Assembly (NCBI GenBank): GCA_028826165.1
Contig: JAPDFW010000063.1
Location: 434,001 to 498,000 of the forward strand
DNA from: Anaeramoeba ignava BMAN
Taxonomy: Eukaryota; Protista; Anaeramoebae
Length of the DNA: 64,000 nt
Reading direction: 5' to 3'
Shown here piece after piece: positions 1 to 12,286 of this stretch (its first letter is position 1; the number at the start of each line of letters is the position of its first letter). The translations under genes and the position numbers were made by a program. The notes beneath the pieces were generated by a model. It did not search any database and was not told the DNA's origin. It worked only from the letters and a program-made list of their open reading frames with translations.

Positions 1-5
1 TCATT

Positions 6-1208
6 ATGTCATCTCTTATCAAAACCAAACAGGAAATCCAACTAACATTTCTGTTTCTAATTCTTCAACTTCTTTCAAATTTGCAAAATTTGGGTTGCCA
101 AGAATCTTACAATATTTCAATGTGGGCTTGTCGAACTTCGCTTTGTGAAGGAGATGATCAAGGAGAAGTTGTTGGTTCCTTCTTTTCAACAGTTTATAAT
201 CCAGTATCCAACTTTCAGTGCTCGGTTTCAACAGATTTGATTGTGAATTGCACTTGGAATCCTCCTTTTGATTGTTCATCTCCTTTTTCTTATAATTTCT
301 CATATGAAGCTATTTCCCAAAATGATTCATCCAAAATGCATGTTTTTTCTCCCACAAAATCTTCCTTTTCCGTTAAATTCCAAGACGAACAATATTCCGT
401 TCAAGTTTCTGCTTGTGATTCAAACAATGTATGTGGAGAAATTGCCAATTCTTCAATCACTTCCCCCAATTTAACAACACCAATCATTCTCCACTCAATC
501 TCCCAAATTGAGTCGATCGAGCTCAACTTCACAAAACTTCCTCAATTTGTCAAGTATCTCATCTCCATTGATAATTCCTTCACTTGGGAAAATTTCACAA
601 CATTAAATTCAACTGGAAATGAAATGATTGGAACAAAAAATGGTTTATCAGGAAATGTCGAGTACTTGGTTTCCATAAGAGGATGCTCAAACTTAAGCTG
701 TGATCCCAAATCTTTGGGATTGATTAGTTCAACTATTTCCATCACACCCAAATTAGGAACTGTTCCTTCTTTTCAATGTGTTGCTTTGATTTCAGGTTTT
801 CAATGTGATTGGGATTCCTTGAATTCATCCATTGGATTAAAAGCTTATGGTTTCATCTACAATTCCCAAACCATTTGCTTATCTACATCAACAACAAGTT
901 TTTCCATTTCGAATCTCACTCAAGGAGAAACTTATCACATTTCCATTTTTGCTTCTGCTGATTCGAATTGCTCTTTTGATATGTATTCTGGAATTAATTC
1001 AACCACTTCAATCACAACTCTCAGTCATTCAACTCAAGCCAATACCAATTCTTCAAAAACAACTGCAATAGTTATTGGAATTGTTGTTCCTGTTGTTGTC
1101 ATTTCACTTTTGGTTCTTCTTTTTGTTTTTATCAAGAAAAAAAGAAATCAAAAAAAGAAACAAAATTCAGAATCTCAAGATAAAGAATTTCATGATTTGG
1201 ATATTTGA
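6..1208 (+). CDS. Fibronectin type-III repeat, single-pass membrane protein (probably 5'-partial or frameshifted at the start)
   Basis: About three FN3-like repeats (W-x-P-P, Y-x-V-x-V-x-A, LxxGxxYxISI), a Ser/Thr stalk, a hydrophobic segment AIVIGIVVPVVVISLLVLLFVFI and a basic stop-transfer KKKR. Confidence 0.75.
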   Translation: MSSLIKTKQEIQLTFLFLILQLLSNLQNLGCQESYNISMWACRTSLCEGDDQGEVVGSFFSTVYNPVSNFQCSVSTDLIVNCTWNPPFDCSSPFSYNFSYEAISQNDSSKMHVFSPTKSSFSVKFQDEQYSVQVSACDSNNVCGEIANSSITSPNLTTPIILHSISQIESIELNFTKLPQFVKYLISIDNSFTWENFTTLNSTGNEMIGTKNGLSGNVEYLVSIRGCSNLSCDPKSLGLISSTISITPKLGTVPSFQCVALISGFQCDWDSLNSSIGLKAYGFIYNSQTICLSTSTTSFSISNLTQGETYHISIFASADSNCSFDMYSGINSTTSITTLSHSTQANTNSSKTTAIVIGIVVPVVVISLLVLLFVFIKKKRNQKKKQNSESQDKEFHDLDI

Positions 1209-1264
1209 TTTTTTTTTCTTTTTAATAATAAAACCCAAATCCATTTAATTAATTTAATTTTAGA

Positions 1265-2600
1265 AATTAATTTAAAATAATAATTTAATGTTTTAGATTT
1301 AAATATTTTATTATCTAAATATTTAACATATAAATATAAAAAATAAGAATTGATTTAATTTAATATTTAATTTATAAATCAATTTAAAAATATAATTTAA
1401 TATTTAATTCTATTATTAAAATATTAATTTATTGTTTTAGATTTAAATATTTTATTATTTAAATATTTAACATATAAATATAAAAAAATAAGAATAGATT
1501 TAATTTAATATTTAATTTATAAAATTAATTTATAAATATAATCTAATATTTAATTTTATTATTAAAATAATAATTTAATGTTTTAGATTTAAATATTTTA
1601 TTATTTAAATATTTAAACATATAAATATAAAAAATGAAAATAGATTTAATTTAATATTTAATTTATAAATTAATTTAAAAATATAATTTAATATTTGATT
1701 TTATTATTAAAATAATAATTTATTGTTTTAGATTTAAATATTTTATTATTTAAATATTTAACATATAAATATAAAAATAAGAATAGATTTAATTTAATAT
1801 TTGATTTATGAAATTAATTTAAAAATATAATTTAATATTTAATTTTATTATTAAAATAATAATTTAATGTTTTATGATTTAAATATTTTATTATTTAAAA
1901 ATTGAAAATAATTTAATAAATAAATATAAAAATGAGAATAACTTTAATTTAATATTTAATTTATAAATTAATTTAAAAATATAATTTAATATTTAATTTT
2001 ATTATTAAAATAATAATTTATTGTTTTAGATTTAAATATTTTATTATTTAAATATTTAACATAAAAATATAAAAATAAGAATAAATTTAATTTAATATTA
2101 AATTTATAAATTAATTTAAAAATATATTTAATTTTAAAATTAATTAAAATAATAATTTAATGTTTTAGATTTAAATATTTTATTATTTAAAAATATTTAA
2201 CATATAAATATAAAAACAAGAATAGGTTTAATTTAATATTTAATTTATAAATTAATTTAAAAAATATAATTTAATATTTAATTTCATTATTAAAATAATA
2301 ATTTACTGTTTTAAATTTAAATATTTTATTATTTAAATATTTAACATATAAATATAAAAAATAAGAATAAATTTAATTTAATAATTTAATTTATAAATTA
2401 ATTTAAAAATATAATTTAATATTTAATTTTTATGTTTAAAATAATAATTTAATGTTTTAGATTTAAATATTTTATTATTTAAATATTAAACATATAAATA
2501 TAAAAAATAAGAAAATAGATTTAATTTAATATTTAATTTATAAATTAATTTAAAAATATAATTTAATATTTAATTTTATGTTTAAAATAATAATTTATTA
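1265..2600. repeat. AT-rich intergenic minisatellite, ~146 bp unit, ~9 copies
   Basis: Anchor TGTTTTAGATTTAAAT recurs near 1289, 1433, 1579, 1723, 1868, 2022, 2161, 2307 and 2453. Confidence 0.9.
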
Positions 2601-3058
2601 TTTAATTTTATGTTTAAAAATATTTTGAAAATTGATTTTTTTGAAATTAAAATTTTATCTTTTTTTTTGAATTAAATTGAATTAATATTAATTTGGAAAT
2701 TTGTTTTAAAATTTAAATTTATTAATAATTTTTAAATTCCAAAAAAAAAAATTAAATTAAAAATTAAATTAAAATAATTTTCCTTTTTTTTTTAATAAAA
2801 AAAATTAATAAAAAATAATAATAATTTATTTATAAATTAATTTAAAATAATAAATTAAAAAGAAAATTAAATTAATTATTAATTTAAATTTATTCTTATT
2901 TTTTATATTTTTATTTATTTTCAAAATCCACTTTTTTTATTCATTTTTTTTATTTAAATTTTTTTTTTCATTTTTTTCCTTTTTTTTTAAAAACAAAAAA
3001 CACAAAAAACAAAACACAAAAACACAAAAACAAAAAAACAAAAAACACAAAAAACAAA

Positions 3059-6000
3059 ATGGATAATAATAATAATAACCAAATTCAAAATGCAATTGAA
3101 AATGAAAATGAAATTGAAATGAAAAATTTAGAAAAAAAAGTAACAAAAAATTTAATTAAAGATTATTCAAACCTTTTAAATGGAAATTCATTTAAAGATT
3201 TTTCAATTTTTGTTGAGAATAAATCAAATCCTTTTGAAATTAAAGTTCATAAATCAATTTTATCTTCAAGATCTCCTTTTTTTAATGAATCATTAAGGCA
3301 AGAATCTCTTTCTATTTCTTTAAATCAATTTAATAAAAAAGAAATGGAATCAATTTTGAGTTATATTTATTATGGAAATATTTCTTTTGAGAATCAAGAA
3401 AATCTTATTCAATTATTGGAAATTTCAATTTATTTTAAATTAAATTTATTGAAAGAAATTATTCAAAAAAAAATTTCAAATTCAATTAATTATTCAAATT
3501 TTTTCCAATTTTTATTCCAAAATCGAAATTTAAATTCAAATGAAATTGAAATAAAATGTTTTGAATTAATAAATCAAAATTTTTCCCAAATTCAAAATAA
3601 TGAAAATTTATTCAATTTAACTAAAGAAGAAATTATCAAATTTATTCAATTTAAACAAGAAAAAAAAGAAATTTTTCAATTTGATTTTTTTCAATTTTTA
3701 AATAATTGGATTGAAAAAAGAGTTAATTCATTAAAATTAAGGAAATATGAACACAAAATGAATGCAAAGAAAAGATTATTTCATTCTTTTTTTTCATTAT
3801 TTGATAAAGATTCAATTTCAAAACAAGATTTTGATAAATTAAAACAATTTGATATTTTTCTTCCAAATTCTTTTTTAATTCATTTTGAAAGAACTATTTT
3901 TGAAATTCAAGATCAAGAAAATCAAACAAAAATCAAAGAAAAAGATAAGAAAATTAAAGAAAATGAAAAGAAAATTCAAAGAAGAGATAAAAGAATCAAA
4001 TCATTTGAATCTGAAAATCAAAATTTAAAATCAGAAAACCAAAAGAAAGAAAAAGAAAGCAAAGAGATTCAAGAGAAACTCAAAAAAGAAAATCAAAATT
4101 TAAAACAAGAAAACCAAAAAAAAGAAAAAGAAAGCAAAGAGATTCAAGAGAAACTCAAAAGAAAATCAAAAAAAGAAAGATAAAATTCTCAAAACAAAAG
4201 AAAAGGAAATTCAAAATCAAAAAAAATCAAAATCAAAAAGAAATTAAAAAAGAAGAATCAAATCAAAATGAAATTCAAAATCAAAAACAAAAACAAAATG
4301 AAAATAAATTGTTGAAGATTTTTTCAGATTCAGAAATTGTTCAAGATATTGAATATGTTAAGAAATTACAAGAATGGATAAATGATAATGATTTTTTTTA
4401 TAAAATGAAAAAAGGATTTTCAGCAAAAAGAGATGGATTTAATTCTCAAAATTGGCATAAAGCAGTTGATGGGAAAGGAAAAACATTAGTTATTATCAAA
4501 ACAAAAGATAATTTTATTTTTGGAGGTTTTACTCAAGTTGGATGGACAAATGATAAATCAAAATGGAGTGTTGATAATAGAAGTCATGTATATATTATTG
4601 ATTCAAATGCATTTATTTTTTCATTAAGAAATGATAAAGGAAATAGAAAACCAGAAAAGTTTACAATTAAAAAAGGAAAAGAAAAATATGCAATTGAATA
4701 TGATTTAAAAGATGGTCCAGTTTTTGGAAGTAAATATAATAATAAATAATAAATAATCCAAAATATAAATATAATAAATAATATTATTATTTAAATTTAA
4801 AATAAAATAAATTTTAAATTAAATTATTATTAATTATTATTAAAATTAATTATTTATTTTTATTAAAATAGGGAGTAAATAATTTATATTTAATAAATAA
4901 TTATTATTATAATTAAAATTAAATTAATAAATAATCCAAAATATTAATATAATAAATAAAATTATTATTTAAATTTAAAATAAAATTAATTTTAAATTAA
5001 ATTATTATTAATTATTATTAAAATTAATTATTTTTATTAAAATAGTTGGTAAATAATTTATATTTAATAAATATTTATTATTATAATTAAAATTAAATTA
5101 ATAAATAATTCAAAATATTAATATAATAAATAATATTATTATTTAAATTTAAAATAAAATTAATTTTAAAATAAATTATTATTAATTATTATTAAAATTA
5201 ATTATTTATTTTTATTAAAATAGTTGGTAAATAATTTATATTTAATAAATATTTATTATTATAATTAAAATTAAATTAATAAATAATACAAAAATATTAA
5301 TATAATAAATAATATTATTATTTTAATTTAAAATAAAATTAATTTTAAATTAAATTATTATTAATTATTATTAAAATTAATTATTTATTTTTATTAAAAT
5401 AGATTGTAAATAATTTATATTTTAATAAATATTTATTATTATAATTAAAATTAAATTAATAAATAATCCAAAATATTAATATAATAAATAATATTATTAT
5501 TTCAATTTTAAAAAATAAAAAATTTTTAAATTAAATTATTATTAATTATTATTAAAATTAATTATTTATCTTTATTAAAATAGATTGTAAATAATTTATA
5601 TTTAATAAATATTTATTATTATAATTAAAATTAAATTAATAAATAATCTAAAAATATTAATATAATAAATAATATTATTATTTCAATTTAAAATAAAATT
5701 AATTTTAAATTAAATTATTATTAATTATTATTAAAATTAATTATTTATCTTTATTAAAATAGTTGGTAAATAATTTATATTTAATAAATATTTATTATTA
5801 TAATTAAAATTAAATTAATAAATAATCCAAAATATTAATATAATAAATAATATTATTATTTAAATTTAAAATAAAATTAATTTTAAAATAAATTATTATT
5901 AATTATTATTAAAATTAATTATTTATCTTTATTAAAATAGGTTGTAAATAATTTATATTTAATAAATAATTATTATTATAATTAAAATTAAATTAATAAA

Positions 6001-7014
6001 TAATCTAAAATATTAATATAATAAATAATATTATTATTTCAATTTAAAATAAAACTAATTTTAAATTAAATTATTATTAATTATTATTAAAATTAATTAT
6101 TTATCTTTATTAAAATAGTTCGTAAATAATTTATATTTAATAAATATTTATTATTATAATTAAAATTAAATTAATAAATAATCCAAAAATATTAATATAA
6201 TAAATAATATTATTATTTCAATTTAAAATAAAATTAATTTTAAATTAAATTATTATTAATTATTATTAAAATTAATTATTTATCTTTATTAAAATAGTGT
6301 GTAAATAATTTATATTTAATAAATATTTATTATTATTATAATTAAAAATTAAATTAATAAATAATACAAAATATTAATATAATAAATAATATTATTATTT
6401 AAATTTAAAAATAAAATTAATTTTAAATTAAATTATTATTAATTATTATTAAAATTAATTATTTATTTTTATTAAAATAGATTCGTAAATAATTTATATT
6501 TAATAAATATTTATTATTATTATAATTAAAATTAAATTAATAAATAATCTAAAATATTAATATAATAAATAATATTATTATTTCAATTTAAAAATAAAAT
6601 TAAATTTTAAATTAAATTATTATTAATTATTATTAAAATTAATTATTTATTTTTATTAAAATAGATGGTAAATAATTTATATTTAATAAATATTTATTAT
6701 TTATAATTAAAATTAAATTAATAAATAATCTAAAATATAAATATAATAAATAATATTATTATTTAAATTTAAAATAAAATTAATTTTAAATTAAATTATT
6801 AATAATTATTATTAAAATTAATTATTTATTTTTATTAAAATATTTATAGCTGATATTAAGTTATATTCCAATTTACAAGATGGTTATTCAAATTTTGGTT
6901 ATACTTATAATCTACCTAAAGGAATTAAATATAGAACAGATGAAGCTAAAAGTTATTTAGCTGGTTCTTTATGATGAATGGAAAGTTGATGAACTTGAGA
7001 CTTATTTCATTTAA
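3059..7014 (+). CDS. BTB/POZ - coiled-coil - TLDc domain protein. Exon 1 is 3059-4729 (frameshifts in A-runs near 4160-4250), followed by 11 micro-exons and a terminal exon at 6850-7014 (+1 frameshift near 6969)
   Basis: BTB motif FKDFSIFV...VHKSILSSRSPFF; TLDc motif FSAKRDGFNSQNWHKAVDGKGKTLVIIKTKDNFIFGGFT...GPVFG. Downstream 6852-7014 reads DIKLYSNLQDGYSNFGYTYNLPKGIKYRTDEAKSYLAGS/YDEWKVDELETYFI*, matching the C-terminus of the intronless paralogue at 42446-43075. Confidence 0.85.
4730..6849 (+). repeat. Tandem array of 12 near-identical spliceosomal introns (first 142 nt, others 171-182 nt) separated by 3-4 nt micro-exons
   Basis: Every junction reads AAAATAG-[NNN]-GTAAATAAT. Slots: 4872 GGA, 5046 TTG, 5224 TTG, 5403 ATT, 5584 ATT, 5763 TTG, 5941 GTT, 6119 TTC, 6298 TGT, 6481 ATTC, 6665 ATG. 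Confidence 0.85.
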
Positions 7015-7205
7015 AAATTTTTCTTTCAAAATTTTAATCAAATTAACTTCTTTCAAATCAATAAAACCCAAATCAATTTAAAAAAGAGAATTTAATTGAA
7101 ATGAAATTTTTGGATTAATTGATTTATTTTTTTTTTTGGATCACTTATTCAAAAAAAAAAGTGGAATTGAAAAAAAGAAGAAGAAAAAGAAAAAGAAAAA
7201 GAAAA

Positions 7206-8563
7206 TTAAAAAAGTTTTGCTTTTTCCATTTGTTTTTCAACAAATTCCCAATCAATAACTTCACAAAATTTTTGGATTGAATCAGGTCTTCTATTTTGGT
7301 AATCCAAATAGTAAGCATGTTCCCAAACATCAACAACCAAAAGAGGGACAGCACCATGAGCAATAGCATTATCAGAATTACTAGTTCCAAGAATTTCCAT
7401 TTTTCCATCTTTTGCAACTAACCAACACCAACCACTTCCAAATATTCCTGCTGCTTGAGCTGAAAATTGTTTGATGAATTCATCAAAACTTCCAAAATCT
7501 GTTTCAAATCTTTTTTTGATTTTTTCTGTTGGTTCAGTTCCATTTGGTTTCATACAACTAAAGTAAAATCCATGATTAAAAGATTGGGAAGCTATTTTAA
7601 ATTTAAATTTAAAATTAAAATCCAAATTAAATTAAATTGAAATTAAAATTAAATTAAAATTAAATCAAATTTAAATTAAATTTAAATCCAAATCAAATTC
7701 AAATCAAAATTAAATCAAAATTAAATTTTAAATCAAAATTAAATCAAAAAACCAAATTTAAGTTCAAAATCCAAATTAAATTTAAATCAAATTAAAATTT
7801 AAATCAAATCCAAATCAAAATTAAATTTAAATCCAAATTAAATCCAAATCAAATTTAAATCAAAATTAAAAATCAAAATTTAAATCAAATCAAAACCAAA
7901 TCAAATCAAAATTAAATTTAAATTTAAATCAAATTAAAATTAAATCAAAATTAAAATTAAATCAAAATTAAATCCAAATTAAACCAAATTAAATCAAATT
8001 TAAATCAAATTCAAATCCAAATTAAATTTAAAAAATTAAATCAAATTCAAATTAAATCAAATTCAAATTAAATCAAATCCAAATTCAAATTAAATCAAAT
8101 TCAAATTAAATTCAAATCAAATTAAATCAAATTAAATTTAAATCAAATTAAATTGAAATCAAATTAAATTAAAATCAAATTAAATTTAAATCAAATTCAA
8201 TTTAAATCAAATCAAATCAAATCAAATTCAAATTTAAATCAAATCCAAATCCAAAATTAAAATTAAATTTAAATTTTTTACCATTATTAAAAATTCCTTT
8301 TTTTGTTGAATCATCTTTTGTTGCTAAAATAATTTCTTCAAGTGTTTTTTTTTCCAAATCAGTATCTAAAATTAAAAATTAAAATTAAAATTAAAAATCA
8401 AAAAGCAAAATAAAAAAATAAATAAACCTTTCACAAGTCCATTAAGTTTAGTAATATAACCAGCATAATGTTTATTATAATGAAAATCTAATGTTCTTGG
8501 ACTAAATGCAGGTAAAATTCCTTTATCAATTGGATAAGCAAGTGGAATTCTTTCAAAAGACAT
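7206..8563 (-). CDS. Iron superoxide dismutase (Fe/Mn-SOD family), 3 exons: 8563-8428, 8365-8282, 7591-7206
   Basis: Metal-ligand motifs HYNKH, FNNASQSFNH (after splicing), FGSGW and DVWEHAYY; the GT-AG introns join the exons in frame. Confidence 0.93.
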
Positions 8564-9376
8564 TTTTATTGTTTTAATTTAAATGAAAATGAAAATGAAA
8601 AAAATGAATTTAATTTTTTTTTTTGCTTTTTAAATTTATTTTCAAACACGTGTTAAAATTAATTGATCAAAAGAAATTCTTTTTAAAATTAAAATTAAAA
8701 TTAAATTAAAAAGGAAAAAAGGGGTTTTTTTAATTTTTTTTAATTTTTTTTCATTGATCAAATCTGTTTATCCCCCTTTTTTATTTTTTTAATTTTTTAT
8801 TTTAATAAAAATTTCCAATTTAAATTCAATTTTAAATTCAATTTCCAAATTCAAATTCAAAATGATCCAAAAAAATTAAAAAATTAAAAAAAGTGGAATT
8901 AAATAAAATCTTTAATAAATTTCTAAATTAATTTCTAAATAAATTTTTAAATAAATTTTTATTCCACATTTTATTCCAATTTCTAAATAAATTTCTAAAT
9001 AAATTTTTAAATAAATTTTTAAATAAATTTTTAAATCAATTTTTAAATAAATTTTTAAATCAATTTTTAAATAAATTTTTAAATTAATTTTTATTCCACA
9101 TTTTATTCCAATTTCTAAATAAATTTTTAAATTAATTTTTAAATAAATTTTAAATAAATTTCTAAATAAATTTTTAAATAAATTTTTAAATAAATTTCTA
9201 AATCAATTTTTAAATAAATTTTTAAATAAATTTTTAAATAAATTTTTAAATAAATTTTTAAATAAATTTCTAAATAAATTTCTAAATAAATTTCTAAATA
9301 AATTTTTAAATAAATTTTTAAATAGAAAATGGAAATTGGATTTAATTTGATAAACAATATAATCCAAAAAAAAATT

Positions 9377-12063
9377 TTAAAACAAATTAAAATCAAAAGA
9401 ATTTCCCAATTTTGAAGAAATTTCATAAACAAAAAGTGATTTGTCTTGGAATAAAATATAAAGAAAGAATTTTGGAATTTGTGAAAAAAGATCTGAACCA
9501 ACTTTTGCAAAAGAAATTCCATAAACAGGAGAAGTAGTTTGAATTGAAAAATCAGGTAAAATTTTTAAAGGGATAAAAAAATAATTTAATTTGTTTTGAT
9601 TTTTGTTGAATTTTTTAATAAGATGAAAAACAGCTACTCTCATTGCTCCTTGTGAACTAACAATAAATAAAGAAAATTCTGGAATAAATTCAAGGAGAGA
9701 AAGTCTATGCATGTATCTGAATTCTTGAGGAGAATGATATATTGGTATTGACTTAAGAATTTTTGCTAAAGGAACACTTGATTCTTTACTTTGGAAATCA
9801 ATTAGAAAAACATTTTCTGCTGTTGTATATATTATTAAATCTTTTCCTTTTTTTTCTTTCTGGTTTTGATTTTCTTCTAAATTATTTTTCCATTTAAATT
9901 CTTTAAAGAAATTCACAATTTTTTCTTCTTCCATTTTTTCAATTTCAATTTTTTCTTCTTCCATTTTTTCAATTTCAATTTTTTCTTCTTCCATTTTTTC
10001 AATTTCAATTTTTTCTTCTTCCATTTTTTTATCTTTTTTATCTTCAATTTCTTCATCATTTTCAAAATAATCTTTAGTTTCATTTGATTCAAAATTCCCT
10101 CTTTGTAAATTAAATAATTCATTTTCAAATTCGTCTCTCGTCATGTGATTTTGATTTTCTAATGATTCATTTTCGAAATCAAAATCAGAACTATAAGAGT
10201 TTAATGAATCAAATTCTTCTGAAATCAGAAGGAATTAAGTTATTAATTTCATTTTCAATTTGATTTTGATTTTGATTTTGATTTTGATTTTGATTTTGAT
10301 TTTGATTTTCAATTTGATTTTGATTTTGATTTTGATTTTGATTTTGATATTGATTTTCAATTTCATTTTGATTTTGAATTTGAATTTCATTTTGAATTTC
10401 ATTTAAATTTTGAATTTCATTTTGATTTTGAATTTCATTTAGATTTTGAATTTCATTTTCATTTTCAATTTCATTTTGATTTTGATTTTGATTTTGATTT
10501 TGATTTTGAATTTCATTTTGATTTTGATTTTGATTTTCATTTTGATTTTGATTTTGAATTTCATTTTGATTTTCAATTTGATTTTGATTTTGATTTTGAT
10601 TTTGATTTTGATTTTGGATTTCATTTTCATTCTGATTTTGATTTTGATTTTGGTTTTGGATTTCATTTTCATTCTGATTTTGATTTTGATTTTGGATTTC
10701 ATTTTCATTTTGATTTTGATTTTGGATTTCATTTTCATTTTGATTTTGATTTAGAATTTCAACAACACTTTCAGGTTCAGTTTCAGTTTCAGGTTCAGGT
10801 TCAGTTTCAGCTTCAACTTCAAACTCAAAATTAAATTCATTTTCATATTCATATTCACTTTCATTTCCACTTTCACCTTGACTTTGATTTCCATTATCGA
10901 ATTGGTTTCCAATTTCAAACTCCAATTCAATTTCTGTTTCCAACTCACTTTGACTTTGAATTTGATTTTCACTATCAGTTTCATTATCAACATCACTATC
11001 AGTTTGATTTATGATCTCATTAATATGATTAATATCTTCATTAATATCTCGATTAATATCTTCATTAATATCTTCATTAATATCTTCATTAATATCTTCA
11101 TTAATATCTTCATTAATATCATTTTGTTGAACACGATTTCGCAAATTTTCCCAACGAACATTCCTCAAAACTTGCATTCGAAGAATACGCTCCAATTGTG
11201 GGTCTTGATTACCGACCAAATTGAGAAGAAAATTAGCGACCTGACGATGATCGCCTTGCAAAGCTCTTAAAGCATCTTCTCTATTGATTCTATTTCTTGT
11301 AGTATTAACAATGGATCCTTCACCAAATTGATAACCAAAATCTCTGTTTTTCTGCTGAATAAAAGTGGTCAATTTTTTGGAAGAAATTTTAATCAAAGGA
11401 ACATTTTCATCCTTAATAAACCTTATTCCCCATCCCCATTCGTCAGAGTAACTGTGTTTAAAAACCTCACGAGCTGAGTTGATATCCCAGACTCTGCAAG
11501 TTGTATCGATTGAGGCACTACAAATAAGGGTCCCATCTTGATTTATATCAATACTTGGTAAATTATGATCATGACCCACAAATTCCTGATTTTCGACTTG
11601 AATTGTTGATTTCGACAATTTCCACAAATTTATATTATGAGAATTTGATCCAATCGCAAGTATTTTATTTCGCGAGTTTGTTGCTATGCTCCATGTCGAT
11701 TCCTCTTTGTTCTGGAAGCAAAGAGGTCGAGATCCAAAAAAACAAATTTCTTTTTTTGATCCAATTGAAAAAATGTTGATCATTCCTTCTTCTCCTACTG
11801 CAATTAATACTTGCATTGTCCCAAACCATCCGCGGCGGATCTGATTTATTGTGTTTCCTCCTCGAACTTCTAATGTCAGTCCGCTTGGTTTTGGGATTCC
11901 GTTGTGGATATTAAAAACTTGGATCGTTTCTTTTGATTGCGATAAATAAAAAATTGTTTTTTTCGTCAGTTGAAATCATATTCATTTTCCAATATGATAA
12001 TTCTGGTAATTTTAATTCTAAAACTGCTATTGGTTTGATTTTTATTTGTATTTGTGATTCCAT
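9377..12063 (-). CDS. WD40 / CRT10-like protein with a long QN/EN low-complexity insert; split by probable frameshifts near 11930 and 10200
   Basis: WD repeats (GHDHNLPSIDIN...SASIDTTCRVWD); C-terminal RLSLLEFIPEFSLFIVSSQG resembles the CRT10-family motif; ATG at 12063 follows TCATTTT motifs. Confidence 0.6.
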
Positions 12064-12286
12064 TTGATTTTAATTTTGTAAAAAAAAAATGAAAAAAAAA
12101 TGAAAAAATTAAATTGAAAAAAATTTAAAAAAGGAGAAAATTTATTTTTATTTATTTTTTTCTTCTTTTTTAATTTTATTTAAATTCCACTTTTTTTATT
12201 TATTTTTTTTTTCCTTTTTTATTATTTTTTTTTCATTTTTTTATTTTTCATTTTTTTTCATTTTTTTTTTCCTTTTTTTTTATTAA

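Noticed and set aside
1265-2600. Possible second micro-exon array
   Set aside because: Units contain TTTTAG but no following GT donor on either strand, and the array lies between a stop codon and the next start
4730-6849. CRISPR-like array (constant repeat with variable spacer)
   Set aside because: Repeats are ~175 nt and spacers 3-4 nt, no cas genes are present, the context is eukaryotic, and GT-AG boundaries in coding phase explain the pattern better
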